DNA of 64,000 nt. Source: Candidatus Omnitrophota bacterium. Lineage in GTDB: Bacteria > Omnitrophota > Omnitrophia > Omnitrophales > Aquincolibacteriaceae. Both the position numbers and the translations under genes were made by a program. The notes beneath the pieces are model-generated. The model ran no database searches. It had not been told where the DNA came from and worked only from the letters and a program-made list of their open reading frames with translations. Shown in pieces: positions 56,814-64,000 of the stretch. Location: contig DAOSLF010000002.1 in the NCBI GenBank assembly GCA_035368605.1, positions 76,023 through 140,022 on the forward strand, in the 5' to 3' direction. The stretch's first letter is position 1; every line of letters begins with the position of its first letter.

Positions 56814-57658
56814 TCCCGCCCGCCGCGCCCTTCCAAAAGCCGGATGAGCCCGATAAAGTCCTCTTCCTGCCATCCGCGTGCCATTCCGAGATCGTAGAGC
56901 TTCTTGAGACGCGCGGTCTGTTCGAGCGTCAGGCCGAGAGCCGCCGCTGTTTCGAGGGCGAGGCGGAGATCCTTGTCCATGTGCTTGAGCGAGAACTGAG
57001 GGCTGTAATCTTGTTCTTTCAGCTTCGGCCCCTTGAAATCGGAGAGGCCGGACCGTGAGGCGTTCAGTGAAAGCGCCTTGAAATAAACGTCGTCGGGAAT
57101 ATGTGCCGCGCGGCACATCGCGAGACTTTCGCAGAGGGCCTGGCCGACCTGGGCGATGTTCAGGTTCATCGCGAGCTTCAGCGTGGAAGCAGAGCCCAGT
57201 TCCCCGACATAAAAAAGCGCGCTCGAAAGAGGTCCGAGGACCGGCTTCGCTTTTTCCGCAACACCAGGATCACCGCCGAGATAAAAAACAGTCTTTCGCT
57301 GTTCGGCCGCGGGCTTGCTTCCCGTGAACGGCGCTTCAATGAAAAGAACCCCTGTCTTCCGAATCTCCCGCGCGAACTTCAGCGTCCATTCCGCCGAGAT
57401 TGTGCTCGCCTGGATCAGCATCTGTCCCCGTTCCAGCGCCGGCGCGATCTGGTCGATCACTGTCCGGACAGCCGGCGGGTCCGCGACGACCAGCAGGACG
57501 GCCTCAGCGCCTTCCACCGCTTCAGCGGCGGTCGCGCTGACCCCGGGGAAATCTTTCCGGGGCGTCCGGTTCCAGCATTTTATTTCATGCCCGTCCGCGG
57601 CCAGATGCCTGGCCCATATGCTGCCGATGATCCCGAGCCCTAATACCGCTATCTTCAT
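56810..57658 (-). CDS. NAD(P)-dependent oxidoreductase, 3-hydroxyisobutyrate dehydrogenase/6-phosphogluconate dehydrogenase-like
   Basis: MKIAVLGLGIIGSIWARHL Rossmann motif; HIBADH-family catalytic region ...ASTLKLAMNL... Confidence 0.8.
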   Translation of the reverse strand: MKIAVLGLGIIGSIWARHLAADGHEIKCWNRTPRKDFPGVSATAAEAVEGAEAVLLVVADPPAVRTVIDQIAPALERGQMLIQASTISAEWTLKFAREIRKTGVLFIEAPFTGSKPAAEQRKTVFYLGGDPGVAEKAKPVLGPLSSALFYVGELGSASTLKLAMNLNIAQVGQALCESLAMCRAAHIPDDVYFKALSLNASRSGLSDFKGPKLKEQDYSPQFSLKHMDKDLRLALETAAALGLTLEQTARLKKLYDLGMARGWQEEDFIGLIRLLEGRGGRE

Positions 57659-57912
57659 CCGGGCGCTCCCGCCTTCTCCGTCATGTCGATCGCTTTATGA
57701 ACATTTTCAGGGTGATTCCGCCAGGCCATACAGGAGATCTCAGGTCGAGCCCTCTCGCGAGCGGCCATGCCGCCCCGAGCGTCAGCCCTGTCGCAGCGAA
57801 CACGGACGCCCAAGCCTGCCCCGGGGCCTCCCTCTTTGCTCGCAAGGAACCCTGACAGCACAAAAAATCCGGCGGCTACGTTCGCCAGCGTCCATGTCAC
57901 GTAATCGACCAT
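57655..57912 (-). CDS. small hypothetical protein with an N-terminal TM segment
   Basis: 85-86 aa (MVDYVTWTLANVAAGFFVLSGFLA...). Its start overlaps the stop of the upstream phosphatase-like gene, and its stop overlaps the start of the downstream dehydrogenase by 4 nt. The composition is Arg/Gly-rich and could be a GC artefact. Confidence 0.35.
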   Translation of the reverse strand: MVDYVTWTLANVAAGFFVLSGFLASKEGGPGAGLGVRVRCDRADARGGMAARERARPEISCMAWRNHPENVHKAIDMTEKAGAPG

Positions 57913-58388
57913 CACGCGCTCCTCCTCTCGGGGGACGCGGTCTCCGGAGCCCTGTCCGGTTCCCCGTCACGCTTCATCTTTTGATACATGGCCCAGAACA
58001 TCTTGACCCGGTTTCCCGACCGGCAATGCAGAATCGCGGGCTTGGCCCCTTTCTCCGAAAGAACTTCGTCAAGCCGGAGCGCTTCTTCGGAACCGGCTTT
58101 TCCGCGATGGAACGGGATGTTGACGTACCGAAGGCCGAGAGATTCCACAAACTGTTTTTCTTTTTCGATACCCTCTTCGCGGGTCCTGATATCGATCACG
58201 GTCCGGTAGCCGGCCGCCGCGGCCGCCCGAAACGCCGCTTCGCTGACAAGACCTCCCCCGACAACTCCTTCTTCCAGCTTCATAAAGCTGACAATGCCGT
58301 TTTTCAACGGATTGCTCAAAAACACGGCGAACAGGAATAGCGCCAAGGCGGCGCAAATCCCGAGGGACCAGGCATGGCGTTTTTTCAT
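57912..58388 (-). CDS. DUF442-type (PTP-like, CX5R) phosphatase-fold protein with an N-terminal signal/TM
   Basis: Start at the internal ATG (MKKRHAWSLGICAALALFLFAVFL), overlapping the baiN-like stop by 4 nt. Signature HCRSGNRV. Similarity to DUF442: ...GYRTVIDIRTREE... Confidence 0.6.
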   Translation of the reverse strand: MKKRHAWSLGICAALALFLFAVFLSNPLKNGIVSFMKLEEGVVGGGLVSEAAFRAAAAAGYRTVIDIRTREEGIEKEKQFVESLGLRYVNIPFHRGKAGSEEALRLDEVLSEKGAKPAILHCRSGNRVKMFWAMYQKMKRDGEPDRAPETASPERRSA

Positions 58389-59584
58389 AGCCGTACCGAC
58401 CCTGCGACAGCGCCGCTCGCCCACGCCCACGCAAGCTGATAGCCTCCGCGCGCGGCCTGAACGTCCACGATCTCGCCCGCGAAAGAAAGTCCCTTTACGA
58501 TCTTCGACCCGAGGTTCCCGTCCAGTTCCGCGGCGGGAACACCGCCCGCCGTGAATTCGGCCTCGTTCCAGCCGCGCGTGCCCTGAACTTTGAATTTCCG
58601 GTGTTTAACGATCCGGACAAGTTCCTTCAAACCCCTGGCATCCGGGGGCTCGAGAGAACGCAAGACCGCCGCGGCCACCCTGGAGGGCAAGAGACCTTCC
58701 AAAAGGGCTTCCCGGGGGAATCCCCGGCCGGTCCGCCGGCCGAGCTCTTTTTCGAGCTCCTCTTCCCCGAGGAAAGGCAGGAGATCCGCCTCGATCGTCA
58801 TTTCTTTTTGATGGCCGCGGTTCATCGCGATCGAGACGGGATCGCTCGCGTCGAGCACCGCCGTCCCCGAAAGCCCGTATTGCGTAAAAAGCAGTTCGCC
58901 CGCGGCCTCTTTCAGGATCCTGTCGCCCTCGAGAACCCTCACGACCGCGCGAAGCTTCTGGCCCTGCAGGTGATGGCACCATGGATCTTTCACGACGAGC
59001 GGCACTGTGCTCGGCACCGGTTCCGTGATCGAATGTCCCGTTTTTTTCGCGAGACCGTATGCGTCACCATCCGCGCCGAGCGCCGGGTAGGACTTTCCTC
59101 CGCCGCAGATCACGGCCGTCGCACCGGTATACTTCGCGCCCGACGCGCAGCGCGCCTCGAAACCACCCGCCACCGCGCGAAGTTCTTTCACGCCGCAGCC
59201 GCACTCGACGGGGATCTTGAGCCGCGCAAGTTCGAGTTCGAGGACCCTGAGGACCGAGGAGGCCTGCTGGGTCACGGGAAAGATCCGTCCGGTGTCATCG
59301 GAAAAAACGCGCAGTCCGAGGTCTTCGAAAAACCCGAGAATCTTCTCCTTTCCGGATTTCCGGAAGACCTCTTCGACGAGCGGCCGGGCCTCCGGCTTGT
59401 AGAAAGAGGCGTCGAGTCTTTCATTGAGGAGGTTGCAGCGGCCGGCCCCCGTGACGAGGAGTTTTTTGCCGGCCTTCGGCATCTTCTCGAGGATCACGGG
59501 GGATTTCCCGTTCCGTCTCGCGAAGATCGCCGCCATCATGCCCGCGGGACCGCCGCCGATCACCAGCATATCGTAATAGTTCAT
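58385..59584 (-). CDS. HI0933/BaiN-family FAD-dependent oxidoreductase
   Basis: 399 aa with MLVIGGGPAGMMAAIFA dinucleotide motif and the C-terminal family region ...GWNEAEFTAGGV...GSKIVKGLSFAGEIVDVQAARGGYQLAWAWASG. Confidence 0.8.
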   Translation of the reverse strand: MNYYDMLVIGGGPAGMMAAIFARRNGKSPVILEKMPKAGKKLLVTGAGRCNLLNERLDASFYKPEARPLVEEVFRKSGKEKILGFFEDLGLRVFSDDTGRIFPVTQQASSVLRVLELELARLKIPVECGCGVKELRAVAGGFEARCASGAKYTGATAVICGGGKSYPALGADGDAYGLAKKTGHSITEPVPSTVPLVVKDPWCHHLQGQKLRAVVRVLEGDRILKEAAGELLFTQYGLSGTAVLDASDPVSIAMNRGHQKEMTIEADLLPFLGEEELEKELGRRTGRGFPREALLEGLLPSRVAAAVLRSLEPPDARGLKELVRIVKHRKFKVQGTRGWNEAEFTAGGVPAAELDGNLGSKIVKGLSFAGEIVDVQAARGGYQLAWAWASGAVAGSVRL

Positions 59585-61416
59585 GATTTTCGCTTTCCTG
59601 AAACCCTCTCCTTCCCCCCTTTTAAAAGGGAGCGGGAAGGGGATTGGGGTTGCACCTTCAGCCGCTGCGCCTCGCGTTCCTTGTGGGTCCGCGCGACGCG
59701 CACGGGTTCGCCCGTGAACGGATGCCTGCCCGTCCAGTACATCGCGCCGGAAACAGTCATCGGGAGCGGCAGAAAATCCTGGATCTGCTCCGGCCGGATG
59801 TTCCGTTCGTGGAAATATTCCGCGAGATCCTCCGCCTCGCTGATGCCCGCGCCGGGATGTGCGCTGATCCAGTAATTGACGAGGTACTGTTTTTTCCCGG
59901 CCTCGCGGCTGAACCGGACAAATCGTTCCTCGAATTTCGCGTACTTCCCGAGCTCCGGCTTGTTCATGAGCGCGAGGACCCGCGGATCACAGTGCTCCGG
60001 CGCCACCTTGAGCCGGCCGCTCACGTGTTCCGCGCAAAGCGCGCGCAGGTAATCGTCCGAAGCCTGATCGATCAGGAGATCGTAGCGCAGGCCGCTCTGG
60101 ATGAAAAGATGCTTTACGCCCGGCACTTTCATGACATCGCGCCAGAGGTCCACGGCCTTTTCGTAGCCGAGCCTCAGGTTCCCGCACTTGCCGGGCATCA
60201 TGCACTGTTTCGCGCGGCACGCTCCCTGCCGCGTCCAGAATTCGCAGTCGGCGCCGTAAAGGTTCGCGGTCGGGCCTCCGATGTCGGTGATCGTTCCCTT
60301 GAAGTCCGGACGGGCGGCGAGCTTCCGCGCCTCCGCGAGGATCGACCCTTTGCTGCGGCTCTGGATGATCCGTCCCTGATGCGCGTGGAGCGAACAAAAG
60401 GAGCATTCGGCCGAGCAGCCGCGGTGAGACGTGATCGAAAAGCGGGTCGTCTCGAATCCCGGGACCCCACCGGCCCGGTCATACACCGGATGCCAGGCGT
60501 AAGCGAAAGGCAGCGCGTAAATACGATCCATTTCCTCCGTGGAAAGCGGAGCCGCGGGCGGGTACTGGATCACAAAGCGGTCCCCGTGCCTCTGCGCGAT
60601 CGCCCGGCCGCGAACGGGGTCCGACTCAAGATAAGCGAGCTTGAACGCGAGATTGAATTTTTCTTTGTCCTTTGAAACTTCCTCAAACGAAGGAACCTCC
60701 ACCGCGTTCTCACCCTCTGCGGCGCCATGCGAAGGAACACCGCGACGCACGACCACGGTGCCGGGGATCCCGTCCAGCGCCCATTGCAACGCCGGGCGTT
60801 GACCCCGGGTATCGACGCCCGGTGTCGCGGACATTGAAAGACGCTTCGCGATCTCGACCATCTGTCGCTCGGCCATCCCGTAGGCGAGAATCTCGGCCTT
60901 TGTGTCGATCAGAAGGGAGCGTCGGACCTTGTCCTCCCAATAATCATAATGCGCGAGGCGGCGCAGGCTCGCCTCGATCCCCCCGATCACAACCGGCACG
61001 CCAAGGAAAAGTCCCTTCACCTTGCTTGTGTAGACGATCGTCGCGCGATTCGGCCGGAACCCGCTCTTCCCGCCCGGGGAGTAGTCGTCGGTGCGCCGCG
61101 GTTTTCTGGAGGGCGTGTAATTCGAGACCATGGAATCGAGATTGCCGGCCGAGATCCCGAAGAAAAGACGCGGGCGGCCGAGCGCGAGAAAATCATCCGC
61201 CTTTCTCCAGTCCGGCTGCGCGATCACGCCGACCCGGTAGCCCCCGGCTTCAAGCGCGCGACCGATAAGCGCCGTGCCGTAGGAGGGATGGTCCACGTAG
61301 GCGTCGCCCGTGATCAGGATGATATCGCATTCCGTCCAGCCGCGGGCCTTGAGATCATTTCGATCGATCGGGAGAAACCTTGCTCTATCAGAAACCGCAT
61401 TCGCCATTACGTCCAC
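59581..61416 (-). CDS. ygiQ: YgiQ-family (UPF0313) radical SAM protein
   Basis: 611 aa with radical SAM cysteines CSAECSFC and a YgiQ-type N-terminal domain (ILITGDAYVDHPSYG); ATGA overlap with the downstream gene. Confidence 0.8.
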   Translation of the reverse strand: MDVMANAVSDRARFLPIDRNDLKARGWTECDIILITGDAYVDHPSYGTALIGRALEAGGYRVGVIAQPDWRKADDFLALGRPRLFFGISAGNLDSMVSNYTPSRKPRRTDDYSPGGKSGFRPNRATIVYTSKVKGLFLGVPVVIGGIEASLRRLAHYDYWEDKVRRSLLIDTKAEILAYGMAERQMVEIAKRLSMSATPGVDTRGQRPALQWALDGIPGTVVVRRGVPSHGAAEGENAVEVPSFEEVSKDKEKFNLAFKLAYLESDPVRGRAIAQRHGDRFVIQYPPAAPLSTEEMDRIYALPFAYAWHPVYDRAGGVPGFETTRFSITSHRGCSAECSFCSLHAHQGRIIQSRSKGSILAEARKLAARPDFKGTITDIGGPTANLYGADCEFWTRQGACRAKQCMMPGKCGNLRLGYEKAVDLWRDVMKVPGVKHLFIQSGLRYDLLIDQASDDYLRALCAEHVSGRLKVAPEHCDPRVLALMNKPELGKYAKFEERFVRFSREAGKKQYLVNYWISAHPGAGISEAEDLAEYFHERNIRPEQIQDFLPLPMTVSGAMYWTGRHPFTGEPVRVARTHKEREAQRLKVQPQSPSRSLLKGGKERVSGKRKS

Positions 61417-61496
61417 CTGCCGGGAACAGATATGTCACGAGACTCTTCATGGATTTATTGCCAAGCAAAAACCCGAGCTTCTCACGAACCTGCCGC

Positions 61497-61558
61497 CTCC
61501 CCGCGGAGGATTATACCCACTCTACCCCCGGAGTCTAGCTCCCGGGGGTGGAGTGGGT
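61497..61558. promoter_or_regulatory. paired inverted repeats (cctccccgcggagg; 44-nt imperfect IR acccactctacccccggag|tctagc|tcccgggggtggagtgggt) overlapping a putative minus-strand TATAAT
   Basis: Minus-strand TATAAT lies at 61510-61515, with a weak -35 (tagact) 16 nt upstream inside the IR. The region lies between the hydrolase gene 3' end and the ygiQ start. Confidence 0.3.
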
Positions 61559-62403
61559 GATGATTCGGGACAAGAGCTGAAAGGCTCATTCAACAGACGC
61601 GGCCAGGCGGCGGTCCAGCCTTCCTGATGGCTCGCGCCGGGGACCTCGACGATCTCGAGGCAGGCGTCCGCTCCCGCTTTTTCGGAGAAATGATCCGCGA
61701 TGAAGGGCGGCACGATCTCATCCTCCGTTCCCGTGAAATGGACTTGCGGGATCCTGCCCACCGCCCCCGCAACCGTCATCGGATCGAGCGAGCCGTCGAG
61801 AGGACTCGCGTCATGGTACTCGTTCACGGCTTCGGGATCCAGGTTCCCCGCCACGGTACGGATCGAACGGACATCGGAACGCCTTGCCGCGACCAGGACC
61901 GCCACCGCCCCGCCGCCGGAATAGCCGACGAGCTCCACGCCCGACGCGGACGCCTTTTTCACGAAGGCATCCACGGCCATATCCATCGACCGGATCACTT
62001 CCCCGGAAAACCGCGCGGTCGTCCAATACGGGAAGTCACAGGCCGTATCCCGGTCGTGCGAGGTGTACTGGCAGGGCCGGGCCAGATAAACAATGTTCGG
62101 AGACGGGTCCCGCACCGCCAGCTTGAAAGCAAGCGGCTCCCGAGGCGTCGGATCCCACGACACGCGGTTCCGGGTCACGAAGGCGTAGCCGTCGCCCTCG
62201 ATGTAGATCCGGACCGGGTCACCCGGCCTTTCGAGTTTCTCATAAGCCGTCAGGATAAAGGGCGCGGTGCGGACGGTCAACTTTGTGAATCCGTGCTCCC
62301 GCGCAAGGAGGTCCGCCGTTTCACGGCGTTCGGAGGAGGACGGCACCGTGAGGCAGCCGGCAAGAAAAAGCGCGGAGCAAACACACATGAACTTTTTTTT
62401 CAT
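61522..62403 (-). CDS. lipoprotein alpha/beta-hydrolase (GYSGGG nucleophile elbow)
   Basis: Start at the internal ATG (MKKKFMCVCSALFLAGC, an LAGC lipobox). GxSxG motif VELVGYSGGGAVAV and a downstream acid/His (GASHQEGW). Confidence 0.6.
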   Translation of the reverse strand: MKKKFMCVCSALFLAGCLTVPSSSERRETADLLAREHGFTKLTVRTAPFILTAYEKLERPGDPVRIYIEGDGYAFVTRNRVSWDPTPREPLAFKLAVRDPSPNIVYLARPCQYTSHDRDTACDFPYWTTARFSGEVIRSMDMAVDAFVKKASASGVELVGYSGGGAVAVLVAARRSDVRSIRTVAGNLDPEAVNEYHDASPLDGSLDPMTVAGAVGRIPQVHFTGTEDEIVPPFIADHFSEKAGADACLEIVEVPGASHQEGWTAAWPRLLNEPFSSCPESSPTPPPGARLRG

Positions 62404-62506
62404 GGAATGGATAAGTATCCGGCAGAAAACACCTGAAAGCAGTTTCATACAAGCATAAAAGGCAGCGCCCGGCGCCTGGCTCGCGATAACCTTGCAATCG
62501 ACGGAG

Positions 62507-64000
62507 CTAGAATTCGTACCGCAGCGTCACGTAATAGGTGTTCGAGATGTACTCGTCGCGGATCTCGAGGTCGTAATTGCCCGTCAGCGTGAAATGCCCG
62601 CGGTTGAGGAACGCCATCTCGAAACCGAGCAGGAGCGCGCTCCGGGCCGGCGCCACGCCTTTCGTCGTGAAGGACGTTCCGCCGCCCGCAAAGGACGACG
62701 TGCTCGAGAACTTGTCCGTCAGATAATCGAAGACCCACGCCGCGCGCAATGACGGGATGTAGGTCCCGTGTTTTTTCGTGCGGAAAGGATAGGCAAACTT
62801 CATGCCCCACCCCTGCGTCAGGAGATTGTATCCCTCGCCCTCGACGTGCAGGTTCAAAGCGTCCGCGCCCTTTTCGGTGTAGTCATGGAGATAAAGGAAT
62901 GCGTAGTCCAGCGTCGTGAACGGCGTGATCTCGAGAGCGCCCGTGCCCTTGAGGTTCATCGTGTAGCCGGCCTCGATGCTGGTGGAATACTGCTGTCCGT
63001 TGTACTCGCCCTTGGCCGTGCGCGTCGTGTCGCCGAGAAAGACATTTCGGCGCGTGTCGTAATTGTTCTGCGTGAACGCGAACAGGCTGTCGACATAATA
63101 GAAATTCCGGCACACGGGCGTCCGGAGCCTCCCGGTCTCCTGATGCATCCGGGCCTGTTCCTGTTTCGTCCTCGCGTCATAACCCGCGTAAATCGCGCCC
63201 TGCCAGCTGTTGATATCGGTACTCGGACTGCCCGCTGCCTTGGACTTGACGTCCGTGTAACCGTAACCGGCCGCGATACCAAGACGCATGTGGTCGCTCA
63301 CGGCTTTGTCGACCCCGATCGCGGTACCGAAGGCGTTCATCCTGTACCCGGCGATCCCCTTGCGCGTCCCCTGGTCCGCGTGCTGGCCGAGCCCCTGCAT
63401 CCAGAAACCCGTTCCCTGATACGCGTCCCCGGTCGAGAGACCCACGAGACCGTTCCGGGCGTAGCCGAGGCGCGCCCCGACGGTGTTCATGAACTGATTC
63501 GCGACCGCGCGGCTTCCCGCGATACTGCCTCCCGAGGGATCGGGGATCATCGTGTCGAGAGCGGCCGCGATCTGGTCTTCGGACATGCTGTCGAGTGTGT
63601 TCAGCACGGTCTGCATGTCGCCCGTCGCGCCGTTCTTGCCGGCCTCTTCGAGCGCGGCACCCGCGGCTGCCGCGTTCCCGTCCGCCGCGAACGTCGCATA
63701 TGTGTTTGTGCGGTTCGCCGTCAGAATCAGGTCATCGCCCGAGGAGGATAGCGTGAACTTAAGAATGCCACTGTTATCGATGAGCGTCGTCGGCACATTC
63801 ACTCCCGCGCCACCCGCGCCGTCGATGATCCTGAATGTAGTCCCGTCCGGAATGTACTGTCCGACCACGTTCACGTTCACCGTGCTGTTCGCCGCTACCA
63901 CGGCATTTCCGGCCCCGACGATATTGCCGAACACGGTCGCGCTGTTAATCGCAAGGACAAGTGTTGATCCAGCCTGCTGGTTATAACTACCACTCCCCGC
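62507..64000 (-). CDS. autotransporter (type V secretion) protein, C-terminal beta-barrel plus part of the passenger; 5' end outside the window
   Basis: C-terminus ends in ...YYVTLRYEF, with a terminal aromatic residue and the alternating hydrophobic pattern of an OMP barrel. Upstream Gly/Asn/Thr-rich repeats (NVNVVG, GAGGAGVNV). The frame stays open to position 64000. Confidence 0.7.
   Translation of the reverse strand, partial: AGSGSYNQQAGSTLVLAINSATVFGNIVGAGNAVVAANSTVNVNVVGQYIPDGTTFRIIDGAGGAGVNVPTTLIDNSGILKFTLSSSGDDLILTANRTNTYATFAADGNAAAAGAALEEAGKNGATGDMQTVLNTLDSMSEDQIAAALDTMIPDPSGGSIAGSRAVANQFMNTVGARLGYARNGLVGLSTGDAYQGTGFWMQGLGQHADQGTRKGIAGYRMNAFGTAIGVDKAVSDHMRLGIAAGYGYTDVKSKAAGSPSTDINSWQGAIYAGYDARTKQEQARMHQETGRLRTPVCRNFYYVDSLFAFTQNNYDTRRNVFLGDTTRTAKGEYNGQQYSTSIEAGYTMNLKGTGALEITPFTTLDYAFLYLHDYTEKGADALNLHVEGEGYNLLTQGWGMKFAYPFRTKKHGTYIPSLRAAWVFDYLTDKFSSTSSFAGGGTSFTTKGVAPARSALLLGFEMAFLNRGHFTLTGNYDLEIRDEYISNTYYVTLRYEF

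Noticed and set aside
59590-59640. Quasi-palindrome ctccttcccccctttt/aaaagggagcgggaagggga near the ygiQ 3' end
   Set aside because: It lies inside the ygiQ C-terminal coding region (…LLKGGKERV…), is imperfect, and no second copy was seen. Treated as coincidental.

Overview
High-GC (about 60%+) chromosomal segment from a diderm bacterium: an LAGC-lipobox lipoprotein, an LpxL-like acyltransferase and an autotransporter beta-barrel are all present. Most of the window is one co-directional minus-strand translation/transcription supercluster covering about 12.9-44.1 kb. Its order is a near-consensus sigma70 promoter, tRNA-Thr, tuf, rpmG, tRNA-Trp, secE, nusG, rplK-A-J-L, rpoB, rpoC, rpsL, rpsG, fusA, then contiguous S10/spc/alpha r-protein genes ending in rplQ and a Rho-independent terminator. 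There is no second tuf and no rpmD. Upstream on the same strand: eno (partial), purN, rsmI, ispB-like, then ksgA-pdxA-surA in E. coli-like synteny. Next comes an unusually short Mfd. After it is a nuclease island: a secreted SNase, a DUF11 repeat protein, and a DUF1016_N-SNase fusion. aspC follows. A divergent promoter region at about 45.0 kb starts a plus-strand F-type ATP synthase operon (atpZ-like-B-E-F-H-A-G-D-C with a short epsilon). After it come cupin, Fe-ADH, LpxL-like acyltransferase and RlmD-like methyltransferase genes. The window ends with a seven-gene minus-strand cluster whose junctions all overlap by 1-4 nt (YgiQ radical SAM, BaiN/HI0933 flavoprotein, DUF442 phosphatase-like, small TM ORF, HIBADH-like dehydrogenase, RluA, DUF1025 zincin), then a lipoprotein alpha/beta hydrolase and a partial autotransporter. 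No CRISPR array, IS element, integrase or obvious toxin-antitoxin pair was seen. The candidates most worth follow-up are the seven-gene coupled cluster, the nuclease island with its novel fusion, the mini-Mfd, a 21-nt hairpin motif present once intergenically and once inside the Fe-ADH CDS, and a GTAC-rich short repeat in three intergenic spacers. All coordinates of RNA genes, small CDSs and motifs were derived by hand from the sequence and may be off by a few nt.
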